Source: an uncultured Candidatus Rokubacteria bacterium (GTDB lineage: Bacteria; Methylomirabilota; Methylomirabilia; Rokubacteriales; DASRDR01). Taken from it: a stretch of DNA of 64,000 nt. A program made the translations under genes and the position numbers. The number at the start of each line of letters is the position of its first letter. The first letter of the stretch is position 1. Where the stretch lies: NCBI GenBank assembly GCA_963805625.1, contig CAWDVE010000019.1:128001-192000 (forward strand), in the 5' to 3' direction. A model generated the notes under the pieces. It saw nothing but the letters and a program-made list of their open reading frames with translations. It made no database searches and was not told where the DNA came from. Shown piece after piece: positions 1-9,653 of the stretch.

Positions 1-136
1 TTGCCGGAAGAGCGGGCGCAGGGGTCTCGCGCGTCTGCTAGGCCGTCGCCAGCACGAGTCTGGACTCGGACCAGGCCGAGGCCGTGGACCAGCACGACCG
101 GCGGCCCCGCGCCGGTCGCCGTCCAGGCGGCGCGCG

Positions 137-988
137 CTATGGGCCGCCCCGCAGGAATGGCAGGGCGAGGGCGTGGAACGCCTCGGGCTCCTCGAGCTGC
201 GGCGTGTGGCCGGAGGCTTTCAGCACCTCGAGCCGGGATCCCGGGATCCGGTCGCGCATCGCGGCGCCGTGCTCGGGGGTGCGCGCGCGGTCGTGACGGC
301 CCTGGATGATCAGGGTCGGGACGCGGATCTCGCCGAGGCGCTCGAGCGTCCGCGACCGCGCGTTCGAGCGGGCGGCCTCCACCGCCGCCGCGTGGTTCGC
401 CATGAGGGCGATCCGGCGGTACTCGGCGAGACGGTCGGGCGGCGGCGGTTCGCGGAAGAACCCCCTCACCACCGGCTCCACCGCCGCCGCGTCCCACGGC
501 GCCGCCGCGACCTCGTCGGCCCGCGCCAGGCCGGCCGCGGGATCGCCCATCGCCCCGCCGGTCGCCATCAGGAGGAGGCGGGCCAGGCGCGCGGGGTGGC
601 GGAGCGCGAAGTGCTGGGCGACCACGCCGCCCATCGAACCGCCGACCAGCGCCACCTGCTCGAGCCCCCGCGCATCGAGTAGGGTGGCGAGGCCGTCGGC
701 ATACGCTTCCATCGTGTAGGGCCCAGGCAGGCGGGCGGACGCTCCGAACCCTGGCAGGTCGGGGGCGAGGCCGCGGACGCCCGCCCGGGCGAGACGGTCG
801 AGGGTTGGCGCCCAGTAGGCGGACGACTGGCAGTAGCCGTGGACGCAGAGGACCGCCGGCTCCGACCCCGCCCGCTCCAAGCAGTGCATCGCAGGCGATT
901 GGGTCGGGGAGGAGCGCGACGCTCCTCCCCGGGTTCCTGCTCCGGAGTCTTGCCCGGATGACTCCGATGACGGTGCGCGTGCCGTCAC
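137..988 (-). CDS. alpha/beta fold hydrolase
   Basis: HG oxyanion motif (VHGYCQS), DLPGFG, nucleophile elbow GGSMGG, C-terminal GHTPQLE; the true start may be the internal Met near 889. Confidence 0.9.
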   Translation of the reverse strand: MTARAPSSESSGQDSGAGTRGGASRSSPTQSPAMHCLERAGSEPAVLCVHGYCQSSAYWAPTLDRLARAGVRGLAPDLPGFGASARLPGPYTMEAYADGLATLLDARGLEQVALVGGSMGGVVAQHFALRHPARLARLLLMATGGAMGDPAAGLARADEVAAAPWDAAAVEPVVRGFFREPPPPDRLAEYRRIALMANHAAAVEAARSNARSRTLERLGEIRVPTLIIQGRHDRARTPEHGAAMRDRIPGSRLEVLKASGHTPQLEEPEAFHALALPFLRGGP

Positions 989-995
989 GCGGCCG

Positions 996-2309
996 TCAGC
1001 TCCATTGCTTCTTCAGGTCGACGGCCTTCTTGGCCGAGGCGGCCAGCGCGTCGCGCGGGCTGGCCTTCTTCAGGAGCGCGTTCTGGATCTGCTGCTGGGT
1101 GAAGCGGTCCCACTCGTTGTACCAGGGCGCCTTGATGTTCGTCCGGGCCCGCGCGTTCCCGTACTGCTGGCTCCGCACCTCCAGGTCCCACCCGGCGTCC
1201 TTGTGCACCTTGATCATGTCGGGATCCTTGTCCAGCGACATGAAGGGATAGCCCACACCGTACTTCGTGTACCAGTCCTTGGCCGTGTAGTACACGCCGG
1301 TCTTGTCCTTGCCGCCCATGTAGGCGATGAGCTGCCAGGCGGCGTCCTTCACCTTGGTCTTGGCGTCGATGCAGTAGAGCCGGGTCCAGCCCATCGGCCC
1401 CTTGCCGGTGTCGGTGAGCCCCGGGAATCGGACCGGGCTGATGTCGCCGGCCCGCTTGCTGAGCTTCGGGTTGTTGGCGCGGGGCAGCACGTTGCCGACG
1501 TTGGACGTGAAGAAGCCCTGGCCGTTGACGAAGGCGTCGCGCGCCTGGGTCTCGTCGAGCTCGAGCCCCTTGGGGTCGAGAATCTTCCAGTCGTGCATCG
1601 CCTGGACCATCCACTCCAGCACGGTGAGGCCGGTCTTGTCCTTGTCCGGGTAGACGGGGTTCAGCTCCTCGTCGAAGAGGTGGCCGCCCGAGGCGAAGAC
1701 CATCGACCAGAACTCGTCGAGCCCGTCCACGTTGGTCTTGAAGCCCTTGAGGATCGGGTACTCGGTTTTCTCGCTCTTCTTCACGGCGAGGGCGGCCTGC
1801 TTGAGCGCCTCGAGGGTGACCGGCGGTTTGTCCACCCCGGCCTTCTGGGCGGCCTTCTTGTCGTACATGTAGACGTAGATGTCGCCGTAGTACGGCGTGC
1901 CGTACTGCTTGCCTTTGTATCGGAGCGCCTCCAGGTTGAACGGGAAGATGTCCCGGTCGAGCTCGGCGAGCCCCGGCAGGCCGTCGATCGGTTGCATCCA
2001 CCCCGCCTCGACCCAGGCGCCCAGGTTCGTGTCGCGCACGTAGTAGCAGTCCGGCTGCGTCCCGGCATTGAACAAGGCGACCATCTTCTCGTTGTAGAGC
2101 TGGAGGTCGAGCGGGATGTACTCCACCTTGATGTCCGGGTACTGCTCCATGAACCGCTTGGCGTTGGCCTCGACGACCTGCGGCTCGAAGGCCCAGCCGG
2201 AGAAGCGAACGACGGTCGGGGCGGCGGCAGCCGGGCGCGGAGCTCGGAGAGCCGCCAGGCCGAGGCCGGCGATGGTGCTGGCGAGGAAGCGTCGGCGCGA
2301 GAGCGTCAT
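996..2309 (-). CDS. carbohydrate-type (CUT1) ABC substrate-binding protein, Tat-exported
   Basis: SRRRFL twin-arginine signal; SBP_bac_1-like motifs (GKQYGTPYY); lies downstream of two CUT1 permeases. Confidence 0.88.
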   Translation of the reverse strand: MTLSRRRFLASTIAGLGLAALRAPRPAAAAPTVVRFSGWAFEPQVVEANAKRFMEQYPDIKVEYIPLDLQLYNEKMVALFNAGTQPDCYYVRDTNLGAWVEAGWMQPIDGLPGLAELDRDIFPFNLEALRYKGKQYGTPYYGDIYVYMYDKKAAQKAGVDKPPVTLEALKQAALAVKKSEKTEYPILKGFKTNVDGLDEFWSMVFASGGHLFDEELNPVYPDKDKTGLTVLEWMVQAMHDWKILDPKGLELDETQARDAFVNGQGFFTSNVGNVLPRANNPKLSKRAGDISPVRFPGLTDTGKGPMGWTRLYCIDAKTKVKDAAWQLIAYMGGKDKTGVYYTAKDWYTKYGVGYPFMSLDKDPDMIKVHKDAGWDLEVRSQQYGNARARTNIKAPWYNEWDRFTQQQIQNALLKKASPRDALAASAKKAVDLKKQWS

Positions 2310-2333
2310 GATGTCCTTGCCTTTCCGGCGCGG

Positions 2334-3209
2334 TCAGCCCTTGACCGCGCCCGACACGAGCCCCTGAACGATCAGCCGCTGGAACAGGAACGCGAGCACG
2401 AGCGGCGGGACGACGGCCAGCACCCCGCCGGCGGCCATCAGCGTGCGCTCGGTGGTCACATCCGTGGCGAACCCGGCCACGACGACCGGCGCGGTCTTGG
2501 CGGCCATGCTAGACGTGAGGATCACCGCGAACAGGTAGTCGTTCCACGCCGTCATGAACGCGAACATCGCGGCGGCGACGAGGCCCGGCGCCGCCGCGGG
2601 GAGCAGCACCCGTCCCATCATCCGCCAGAAGCCGCAGCCGTCCACGAGGGCGGCCTCCTCGAGTTCGCGGGGGATGCCCTGGAAGTAGCTCTTGAGGAGC
2701 CAGATCGTGAACGGCAGCGTGAAGGTCAGGTAGGTGACGACGAGCGCCAGCCGGGTGTCGAGGAGGCCGGCTCTCTGGATGACCAGATAGAGCGGGACGA
2801 TCAGGGCGATCCCGGGCACCATCCGCGAGCCGAGGTAGAGGAAGAGCACGCTTGTCCGGCCGGGAAAGCGCAGGCGGGCGAAGCTGTAGCCGGCCAGGAT
2901 CCCGAGCGCGAGGTTCAGGGCCGCGGTGCCGGTGGCGGCGACGAGCGAGTTCCAGATGCCGGGCATCGTGTTCTCGGCCGCCCGGCTGCCGACGATCGAC
3001 CGCGTCCCGCTCGGGGCGACGAAGGTCGCGTAGTTGTCGAGGGTGGGCCGCGTCGGGAGGAGACGGAGCGGGACCGACATGGCGTCACCCTCGTGCATGA
3101 AGCTCGTGAGGACGAGCCAGGAGAACGGCGCCAGGAAGAAGATCGCCACCAGAGCTCCCGCCAGGGTGAGGAGCCCGGTCCGTCGCCGTCGCCGTCCGGC
3201 CGCGGTCAT
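2334..3209 (-). CDS. CUT1 ABC permease (MalG-like)
   Basis: EAA loop ELEEAALVDG, AWNDYLFA, QRLIVQGLVSGAVKG C-terminus. Confidence 0.92.
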   Translation of the reverse strand: MTAAGRRRRRTGLLTLAGALVAIFFLAPFSWLVLTSFMHEGDAMSVPLRLLPTRPTLDNYATFVAPSGTRSIVGSRAAENTMPGIWNSLVAATGTAALNLALGILAGYSFARLRFPGRTSVLFLYLGSRMVPGIALIVPLYLVIQRAGLLDTRLALVVTYLTFTLPFTIWLLKSYFQGIPRELEEAALVDGCGFWRMMGRVLLPAAAPGLVAAAMFAFMTAWNDYLFAVILTSSMAAKTAPVVVAGFATDVTTERTLMAAGGVLAVVPPLVLAFLFQRLIVQGLVSGAVKG

Positions 3210-4099
3210 GCCTCGAACTCTCCCCGCCGGTAGAGCAGGCGGAAGTAGACGAGCGCCAGTCCCAGCGTGATAAGGCTGATCGTATACGCATAGGCGTTGC
3301 CCAGGCCGAAGTCAAGGCTGTCGAACGTCGTCACGTAGGTTTGCCAGACCAGCGTGGTCGTGGAGGTGCCCGGTCCGCCGGCCGTCAGCACGTAGATGAC
3401 GTCGAAGACCCGGATCGCCAGCATGGTCTGGAGCACGAGGACCACCATCAGCGGCTGGGCGAGCCACGGCATGGTCACGTGACGGAAGAGCTGCCAGGCG
3501 CTGGAGCCGTCGACGCGGCCGGCATCGTACAGCTCGGAGGGGATCGTCTGGAGCGCGGCCAGGAGCAGGATCACACCGAGCGGGACCGCGTTCCAGACGT
3601 GCGCCATGACCAGGGCCAGCAGGGCATCGGTCGGGTCCGAGAGCCAGCCCCGGTAGGCGGGGAGGATCCGGAGCGCGACCAGGAGGCCGTTCAGCGCGCC
3701 GACCTTGGCGTCGTAGATCCACTGCCACATGAGACCGTTGACGACCGGCGGGATCGCCCAGGGGACGAGGACCATCGTCCGCACGAACCCCCGGCCCGGG
3801 AACGGTTCGTTGAGGAGGAGCGCGATCAGGATGGCGAGCGCGACCACTAGGATGACGCCCAGCGCGGTGAAGAGGAGGGTGACCTGGAGCGCCGCCCAGA
3901 ACTCGTCGGACCCGAAGATCTCGACGTAGTTGCCCACGCCGACGAAGCGGAAGAGATTCGGGCGCTTGAGGTTGTAGCGGTGGAGGCTGAGCCAGAGCGA
4001 GTAGGCGATCGGATAGCCGACGAGCCCCACGATGGCCAGGAGGGCTGGGGCGTTCAGCAGGAACGCGAACGACGGCTCGGACAGCCGGCGGCGGCTCAC
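3206..4099 (-). CDS. CUT1 ABC permease (MalF-like)
   Basis: FVGVGNY, ELYDAGRVDG, FDVIYVLTAGGPG; 4-nt overlap with the next gene. Confidence 0.92.
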   Translation of the reverse strand: MSRRRLSEPSFAFLLNAPALLAIVGLVGYPIAYSLWLSLHRYNLKRPNLFRFVGVGNYVEIFGSDEFWAALQVTLLFTALGVILVVALAILIALLLNEPFPGRGFVRTMVLVPWAIPPVVNGLMWQWIYDAKVGALNGLLVALRILPAYRGWLSDPTDALLALVMAHVWNAVPLGVILLLAALQTIPSELYDAGRVDGSSAWQLFRHVTMPWLAQPLMVVLVLQTMLAIRVFDVIYVLTAGGPGTSTTTLVWQTYVTTFDSLDFGLGNAYAYTISLITLGLALVYFRLLYRRGEFEA

Positions 4100-4196
4100 G
4101 CGGTCCCGCGCATCGTATCAGTGTGGTCGTGGGCCGGCGTGGTCGGTGCGGTCACCTGCGTACTGTCGTGAGACGGCCCTGCCAACCTCGTACCCG

Positions 4197-4385
4197 CTAT
4201 GACGTCGTCCCCGTCACGACAATCTGCCGGTGAGTCAAATGCGACCGTCCGGGGTGACATGGGGTCTGAGGACGTGCTCGGCTTGCTCGAGGATGCGGCG
4301 GATCTGCTCCTCGGGCAGCACGACACCCATCACCGGCACCCAGCCCCTGACGTCGGCCTCGACCATCGCGTGCGCAGTATCCATC
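4197..4385 (-). pseudogene. 3' remnant resembling the C-terminus of a class I SAM methyltransferase
   Basis: MVEADVRGWVPVMGVVLPEEQIRRILEQAEHVLRPHVTPDGR, then VAFDSPA and IVVTGTTS in other frames; no N-terminal half; family recalled, not searched. Confidence 0.45.
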
Positions 4386-4876
4386 CGAGGTTGCGACATC
4401 GGTTCGTTCAAGCGAGCGGCCGCCTGACGGATGGACGGACATCGGTCCGAGCAGCCAATGTGTCGCGGCAATGAAACCCTGGGTCGAGCGCCGAGGGCCC
4501 GTGGCGGCGCACGGTCCAGGTCGTGCGAGGGCCTCGCCGAGAGCCTTGCGATACGCGGCGTCGTCCCCCGTGGGCGATCAGCGCGGGGACCATGGATCGC
4601 TCGGATCAGGGCGCATGGATCGTGCGCGTCAGTCTAGGGCGGCACGCGGGCGCGCGTCAATGGACGCCCCCCCCCGACGGCTGCGCGATGGCAGTCGTGA
4701 CCGGTTGCGGGAGGCGACGCCACCACGCTTGCGGCTGCCGCCGGGAGCGCGCTACGCTCCAGGAGGAGGGGTGAGTTACAGCCCGGTCGCGGACCGACGA
4801 GGACCTGCTGACCGACCGGGGTGCTTCGCGTCAACCGCGTAGATGACCAACCAAAGTGAGCCTAAGTGAGGTGGAT

Positions 4877-5299
4877 ATGTCGAGCCTCTTCGAGACCGCA
4901 AAGAGCGCCACGACCGCGTACAACGACAAGAACTGGAACGCGCTGAAGACGGCGTTTGCCGAGAACGGCATTTACGATGAGAAGGCCACCAGCCGGCGAG
5001 TCCAGGGCGTCGGGAAGATCCTCGAGGTCTGGCAGGGGTGGGCCAAGGCGATTCCAGACTCCAAGGCGACGTTTGTTGGCGAGTACGCGAGCGGCGATAC
5101 CGCCATCATCGAGGTGGTCTGGAAGGGCACGCACACTGGTCCACTGCAGACGGCGACCGGTACCATCCCACCTTCGAACAAGCGGATCGAGTTGCCGGCG
5201 TGTCAGGTGATCAAGGTCGAGGGAGGGAAGGTCAGGAGCTTCACGCAGTACTTCGACATGGCGACCCTGCTGACACAGATCGGCGCGGCCAAGGGCTAG
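4877..5299 (+). CDS. SnoaL-like ester cyclase (NTF2 fold)
   Basis: WKGTHTGPL, IPPSNKRIELPACQVIKVEGGKV, YFDMATLLTQIG; GAGGTGG RBS upstream. Confidence 0.88.
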   Translation: MSSLFETAKSATTAYNDKNWNALKTAFAENGIYDEKATSRRVQGVGKILEVWQGWAKAIPDSKATFVGEYASGDTAIIEVVWKGTHTGPLQTATGTIPPSNKRIELPACQVIKVEGGKVRSFTQYFDMATLLTQIGAAKG

Positions 5300-5482
5300 C
5301 CGCGTCTCGACCAGGCACGGCGAACCCTAGAGGAGGTCGATAGACAAGCCCCGACCGGGGAACATGGCGCTCCGCAGCCGTGACGTCAGTATCCTCGCTC
5401 GGGGTCGAAGACGTTCCGGAGGGCCTCGCCGTCCAGATAGCGGCGAGGGTTGTCGCAGAAGAGAATCGTACCGTCCGCGTCG

Positions 5483-6361
5483 TCACCGGCTCTCGGGCCG
5501 CGGACGCGGCGACCTGGCGAGCCGCGGTAGGTCGCCCTCGAGCGTCGTCCGGTGCATGCGTCGCCGGTGGCGCGTCTCGTCGAACTCCGTGGCGCAGTGC
5601 TGGGTGCAGCGATTGTCCCAGAGGACGGCGTCGCCCACTCGCCACCGATGACGATAGACGAAGTCGGCTCGCGTGGCGGCTTCCTGAAGATACCGGATCA
5701 GATCGGGCCCCTCGGGCTCCGGCAATCCCTCGACCTCGCAGGCCCAGCGACCGATGTAGAGGGCGGTCCAGCCCGATCGTGGGTGCTCGCGCGCAATGGG
5801 ATGCCAGACGTCAGGGCGCGTTGCCTTCTGCTCGTCGGTCAGGGGCGCCATGTGGGGGTAGTGGACGTGGTGGAGGCGCACCCGGCTGAAGCACGCGCGC
5901 CGGTTCTGGATCACCCGGCGGACGCTCTCGGGCAGGGCGGCGAAGGCGGCGTAGGTGTCCGCGAAGAGCGTGTCGCCGCCCTCGGGCGGGACCTCGAGCG
6001 CGTAGAGGAACGATCCCGCATTGGGGATGGCCTTGTCCTCACCGTCCGAGTGCCAGCCCCAACCGGCGCGCCGGAGCCCGACGGGCTTGCCGTTCTCCTC
6101 GACGTTCGAGACCACGAAGACCTCTTGCCACTCCGGCAGATTGAACTCGAGCGGCTCCATGACGTGGAGCGGACCGAGGCGCCGGGTGAAGGCCACGTGC
6201 TGGGCCGGCGTCATCCGGACATCGCGGAAGAGCAGGAGGCTGTGACGGGTCCACGCGTCCTGGATCGTGGTGATCGTTTCCTCGTCGAGGTCCCGCGCAA
6301 GGTCGACACCGACGATCTCGGCACCGAAGCTCGCGTGGAGCGGCCGCAGCTCGATTTTCAT
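5483..6361 (-). CDS. TauD/TfdA family Fe(II)/2-oxoglutarate dioxygenase
   Basis: WHSD HxD motif, GGDTLFAD, WDNRCTQH and MHRTT. Confidence 0.92.
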   Translation of the reverse strand: MKIELRPLHASFGAEIVGVDLARDLDEETITTIQDAWTRHSLLLFRDVRMTPAQHVAFTRRLGPLHVMEPLEFNLPEWQEVFVVSNVEENGKPVGLRRAGWGWHSDGEDKAIPNAGSFLYALEVPPEGGDTLFADTYAAFAALPESVRRVIQNRRACFSRVRLHHVHYPHMAPLTDEQKATRPDVWHPIAREHPRSGWTALYIGRWACEVEGLPEPEGPDLIRYLQEAATRADFVYRHRWRVGDAVLWDNRCTQHCATEFDETRHRRRMHRTTLEGDLPRLARSPRPRPESR

Positions 6362-6373
6362 CCCGTGGCCTCC

Positions 6374-6580
6374 TCAGACCTCGGCCAGTCCACCGTCCCC
6401 GCGAGGATCGGACGCGCCCGCGGCGCGCCCGATCACCGGATCGAGCGCGACCAGACTGACGCGCCCTCCGCAGTCCACGAGCTCGGCGAGGACGTGGGCC
6501 AGCATCGCGTCCGTCGTAGTGGCGGGCGTGGACGCGGTCCCGGGGGCCAGATTCGCTCGGCCGAAGTCTGATCGGTCCAA
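6374..6580 (-). pseudogene. remnant resembling the gamma-glutamyltranspeptidase C-terminal tail
   Basis: GGRVSLVALDPVIGRAAGASDPRGDGGLAEV-stop resembles the conserved GASDPRxDG end of the GGT small subunit; the rest of the gene is missing. Confidence 0.5.
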
Positions 6581-6613
6581 GGCGAACTCTGATTTTCGGC
6601 GCTCGGCGCGCGC

Positions 6614-7396
6614 TCAGCCGATCGGCGGGTGGGAGATCGTGGCGCCCCCGTCGACGACGAGCGTGGTGCCAGTGATCCAGGAGGCGTCGTCGGAGACGAG
6701 GAAGAGGATGGCCTGAGCGATGTCGTCGGGGCGGCCCACGCGGCCGAGGGGGATGTTCTTGCCCCACGCCGCGAGCACCGCCTCCCAGTCCTCGCCGGGC
6801 TTCAGGCGGCTCAGCGGCATGGGGGTCGCGATGCGGCCGGGACAGACGGCGTTCACGCGGATGCCGTGGGGGGCATAGTCGAGGGCCATGTTCTTGGTGA
6901 GGATGTTCACGCCGCCCTTGGCCGCGTTGTAGGGCGCGAGCTTCGGATCGCCGAGCATCCCGGCCACCGAGGAGACGTGGACGATCGCGCCCCCGCGTCC
7001 GGCTGGCACCATCTCCATCAGGGCGAAGCGCGACACGAGGAACACCCCGTGGAGATCGACGTCGATGACCCGGCGCCAGTCCTCGATGGACACGCTGGTG
7101 ACGGTCGCGTTGCGGACGAGGATGCCGGCGTTGTTGACGAGGATGTCGATCCCGCCGAAGGCGGCCACGGTCTCGCGGGCCATGCGCTCGGCGTCCTCCG
7201 GCTTGGCGACGTCCCCGATGACCACGGCCGCGGTGCCGCCGGCCTTCTCGACCAGGCGCACCGTCTCCTCCAGCTCGGCCCGGCGCCGGCCGGACACCAT
7301 CACCCGCGCGCCCTCGCGGGCGAACAGCTCGGCCGTGCCCCGCCCGATGCCTGTGCCGCCGCCGGTGATGAGCGCGCGCTTACCCTCGAGTCGCAT
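6614..7396 (-). CDS. short-chain dehydrogenase/reductase
   Basis: TGGGTGIG, NNAG, YNAAK catalytic motif, VDGG. Confidence 0.95.
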   Translation of the reverse strand: MRLEGKRALITGGGTGIGRGTAELFAREGARVMVSGRRRAELEETVRLVEKAGGTAAVVIGDVAKPEDAERMARETVAAFGGIDILVNNAGILVRNATVTSVSIEDWRRVIDVDLHGVFLVSRFALMEMVPAGRGGAIVHVSSVAGMLGDPKLAPYNAAKGGVNILTKNMALDYAPHGIRVNAVCPGRIATPMPLSRLKPGEDWEAVLAAWGKNIPLGRVGRPDDIAQAILFLVSDDASWITGTTLVVDGGATISHPPIG

Positions 7397-7595
7397 GGAA
7401 TCCTCCTCGATCCCGGGGGACGCCGCTTGACAGCCTCCACCGGCCTCGCTAGCGTGTCAACCATTCGGCGAGCATAGTACACGCCCGCGCGCGAAGTACG
7501 GACCGGCTGCATCAATCACTTGGCACCCACCCGGGGCCCGCACGTGAAGCGCCAAGCGGCGAGCGTCCGAGGTGTCGCGACAGGCAGGTGACGAC

Positions 7596-9641
7596 GTGGG
7601 ACGTTACCGGCTGGGGATCGACATCGGCGGCACCTTCACCGACTTCAGCCTCCTCGACGAGGCGACGGGCGAGCTCTCCGGCTTCAAGTCGCCCACCGTT
7701 CCCGGCGATCCCGGCCGCGGCGTCCTCGACGGGCTTCGCGCCCTGGTGACCGAGCGGGCGCTCGATCCCGTATCCATCGACTATCTGGTCCACGGCACCA
7801 CGATCGCCATCAACACCGTCATCCAGCGGAACGGGGCGGCGCTGGGGCTTCTGGCCACGGCCGGGTTCGGGGACGTGCTCGAGATCCAGCGGCTCCGCCT
7901 GGCGAGTCCGGTCAACTTCACGGCGACGCGTCCCGCCCCGCTCATCCCGCGCTACCGTGTGGGCGAGGTCACCGAGCGGATCCTGGCCGACGGCACCGTC
8001 GACACCGCGCTCGATCGCGAGGAGCTTCTGCGGGAGGCTACCCGGCTGGTCGAGAAGGAAGGCGCCGAGGCCCTCGTCGTCGCCTTCATCAACGCGTACC
8101 GGGCGCCGGCCCACGAGGCGGAGGCGCGCAAGGTCCTGGCCGAGCGCTTTCCCGGCCTTCCCGTGACCTGCTCGCACGAGGTGTGGCCCCAGATCCGGGA
8201 GTACGAGCGCACCATGGTCGCGGTCCTGAGCGCGTACGTGCGGCCCCGGGTGGAGCGCTACCTCGAGCATTTGGAGCGGGAGCTGGCCCGGACCGGAGTG
8301 CGGGTCCCCCTCTACATCACGAAATCCAACGGCGGCGTGACGACCGCGCGTGACGCCCGCCAGGCGACGGCCGAGACGATGCTGTCGGGCCCCGCCTCGG
8401 GTGTCATCGGGGCCGCGTCCGTCTGCATCCCGGCCGGGTACCGGAACCTGATCACGTTCGACATGGGCGGCACCAGCGCGGACATCGCGCTGGTGCGGGA
8501 CGGGCAGCCGGTGTACTCGACCGACGAGACGGTCGGCGACTTCCCGATCGTCATGCCGGTCGTCGGGGTCTCGTCGATCGGCGCGGGCGGGGGGTCGATC
8601 GCCTGGCTCGACTCCGTCGGCGTCCTCAAGGTCGGCCCGCGGAGCGCGGGCGCCGACCCCGGCCCGGCGTGCTATGGCCGCGGTGGAAGCGAGCCCACGC
8701 TCTCGGACGCGTTCCTGGCCTGCGGCTTCCTCAACCCCGACAACTTCGTCGGCGGCCGGCTCCGGCTCCACCCCGAGCGGGCGGCGGCCGCCCTCCGCCC
8801 CCTGGGCGAGGCGCTCGGCCTGGACGCGGACCTGACGGCCGAAGCGGTGGTCGAGGTCGCGACCGCGAACATGTACGCGGCGTTCTCCAACGTGCTCGCG
8901 CGCCACGGACTCGACCCCCGCGACTTCTGCCTGGTCGCCTTCGGGGGCGCCGGCCCCGTCGAGGCCTGCTTCCTGGCGGAGGAGTTCCACATCCCGCGCG
9001 TGATCGTGCCGCCGTCGCCGGGCACGCTCTGCGCCCAGGGGGCGATGACCGCCGACATCAAGAGCGACTACGTCCGGACGCTCCACCGGCGGCTGTCGGC
9101 AACCACGGGCAAGCTCCTCGCCGCCGAGTGCGCGGAGCTGTCCGCCCGGGCCCGGCGCTGGCTCGCCGAGGAGGCGCCGGCGGTCTCGGCGAGCGCGCTG
9201 TCCTACAGCGCCGACCTCCGCTATGTGGGCCAGGCGTTCCAGATCGAGGTGCCGATCGAGCCGGCCTGGCTCGAGGACGCCACCACCGACCGTCTGCGGG
9301 CGGCGTTCCACGACCTTCACGATCGGCTGTACGCGCACGCCGACCGCGCGGCTGACGTCGAGCTGATCGACCTCCGCGCCACGATCACGGGCCGAACGCC
9401 CAAGCCCGAGATGCGCGCGGTGCCGGCCGGCCACGGCCCGGCGACGCCGGCCGGCCGCCGCCCGATCCACTACCGGCGGCAGCGGCACGACGCTGCCATC
9501 TACCATCGGCGCGACCTCCGGGCCGGCCAGTATCTCGACGGGCCGGCGATCGTCGAGCAGGAGGACACCACCACGCTGGTCCCGGCCGACTTCCGCGCCA
9601 CCGTCGACGGGTTCGGGAACCTCGTCATCGAGGGCCGGTAG
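7596..9641 (+). CDS. hydantoinase A / 5-oxoprolinase family ATP-binding subunit (copy 1)
   Basis: DIGGTFTD, HGTT, SGPASG, DMGGTS, SAGADPGPACY, FGGAG. Confidence 0.95.
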   Translation: MGRYRLGIDIGGTFTDFSLLDEATGELSGFKSPTVPGDPGRGVLDGLRALVTERALDPVSIDYLVHGTTIAINTVIQRNGAALGLLATAGFGDVLEIQRLRLASPVNFTATRPAPLIPRYRVGEVTERILADGTVDTALDREELLREATRLVEKEGAEALVVAFINAYRAPAHEAEARKVLAERFPGLPVTCSHEVWPQIREYERTMVAVLSAYVRPRVERYLEHLERELARTGVRVPLYITKSNGGVTTARDARQATAETMLSGPASGVIGAASVCIPAGYRNLITFDMGGTSADIALVRDGQPVYSTDETVGDFPIVMPVVGVSSIGAGGGSIAWLDSVGVLKVGPRSAGADPGPACYGRGGSEPTLSDAFLACGFLNPDNFVGGRLRLHPERAAAALRPLGEALGLDADLTAEAVVEVATANMYAAFSNVLARHGLDPRDFCLVAFGGAGPVEACFLAEEFHIPRVIVPPSPGTLCAQGAMTADIKSDYVRTLHRRLSATTGKLLAAECAELSARARRWLAEEAPAVSASALSYSADLRYVGQAFQIEVPIEPAWLEDATTDRLRAAFHDLHDRLYAHADRAADVELIDLRATITGRTPKPEMRAVPAGHGPATPAGRRPIHYRRQRHDAAIYHRRDLRAGQYLDGPAIVEQEDTTTLVPADFRATVDGFGNLVIEGR

Positions 9642-9653
9642 GCCCAATAGATA

